Below the pieces are notes generated by a model. The model was not told the DNA's origin. It was given only the letters and a program-made list of their open reading frames with translations, and made no database searches. Positions 63,344 to 64,000 of a stretch of DNA of 64,000 bases are shown piece after piece (positions within the stretch are counted from its first letter, which is position 1; each line of letters opens with the position of its first letter). Source of the stretch: Patescibacteria group bacterium. Its GTDB lineage: Bacteria; Patescibacteriota; Minisyncoccia; Phycocordibacterales; EsbW-18. Location: assembly GCA_038063815.1 (NCBI GenBank), contig JBBTUJ010000002.1, positions 6,511 to 70,510 of the forward strand. Direction: 5' to 3'. Position numbers and translations under genes: made by a program.

Positions 63344-64000
63344 ATGCAAAAACTTCGAGTTGGCGTTCTTCGCGGCGGACCATCAAGCGAATACGAGGTC
63401 TCTCTGAAAAGTGGCGCGTCGGTTCTCAAAAATCTCTCACAGGAAAAATATATTCCCGTTGATATCTTTATTGATAGGGAAGGAGAGTGGCACATAGGAG
63501 GAACTCCTATCACGGGGCGCAATCTTCACGGAAGCGTCGATGTGGTTTTTAATGCTCTTCATGGCGAATATGGAGAGGATGGTACCGTGCAACAACTACT
63601 TGATGCTCTTTCAATTCCATACACGGGCTCGGGTACGCTCGCCTCTGCTCTCGGAATGCATAAGAAAAAAGCAAAAGATATTTTCGAACGAGAAGGACTG
63701 AGAACACCGCATGCCGTTGCTGTTGACGTCTCGGTTCACACTGCGGACAATCTTAAAGAAATATTTCGAACTGTACCGCATCCGGTTATGGTAAAACCCA
63801 TTGCGTCAGGGTCCTCTGTTGGTGTTTCTATTGCGAGTTCGTATGACGAATTGTTTCGAGCTGTTGCGACGGCAAGCGATACCTCGCCTCACGTGCTTAT
63901 CGAGGCACGCATTCAAGGAAGAGAGGCAAGTGTTCCTGTGTGCGATGATTTTCGAGGAGAAGAATATTATGCGTTTCCCCCTATTGAAATCATCCCACCC
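63344..64000 (+). CDS. ddl: D-alanine--D-alanine ligase (partial, runs off window)
   Basis: MQKLRVGVLRGGPSSEYEVSLKSG, FNALHGEYGEDGTVQ, IPYTGSG, VKPIASGSSVGV. Confidence 0.95.
   Translation, partial: MQKLRVGVLRGGPSSEYEVSLKSGASVLKNLSQEKYIPVDIFIDREGEWHIGGTPITGRNLHGSVDVVFNALHGEYGEDGTVQQLLDALSIPYTGSGTLASALGMHKKKAKDIFEREGLRTPHAVAVDVSVHTADNLKEIFRTVPHPVMVKPIASGSSVGVSIASSYDELFRAVATASDTSPHVLIEARIQGREASVPVCDDFRGEEYYAFPPIEIIPP

Noticed and set aside
1-64000. Prophage, defence island, integrase, transposase or reverse transcriptase; the many short antisense ORFs in the track
   Set aside because: No hallmark motifs recognised; the short ORFs overlap well-supported genes and lack independent signals

Overview
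Bacterial chromosomal segment in the standard genetic code. Gene content and style (compact core genes, truncated RelA/UvrA/UvrC, many small membrane proteins, few biosynthetic genes) suggest Patescibacteria/CPR, probably Parcubacteria; this is inference. The core backbone is typA(3' end), rarA, rnj, secG, groES/EL, lemA, htpX, miaA, parB, relA, topA, dprA, serS, ftsQ-like, dus, dnaX, msrA, ndh, uvrB/A/C and ddl(5' end), plus tRNA-Ser(GGA), tRNA-Leu(CAA) and tRNA-Gln(TTG). No rRNA, CRISPR array, integrase, transposase or reverse transcriptase is visible. The most notable signals are: (1) a repeated GTTCCA..ATCG..CAACT(A/G)A motif filling stop-to-start gaps after accessory genes, together with target-duplication scars (tRNA-Gln 3' end, a duplicated MKSHTYY gene start, a duplicated HtpX N-terminus), suggesting a single-gene cassette acquisition system; (2) a catalytically dead M14 peptidase paralog beside an intact one and a VanY-like peptidase; (3) an orphan gene with a DGR-variable-region-like 3' end; (4) seven self-contained GC-rich minigene units between core genes; (5) a 122-bp MITE-like element; (6) apparently leaderless core genes; (7) a SET/histidine kinase/SET/receiver locus. 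All calls come from reading motifs by eye; no database searches were run.
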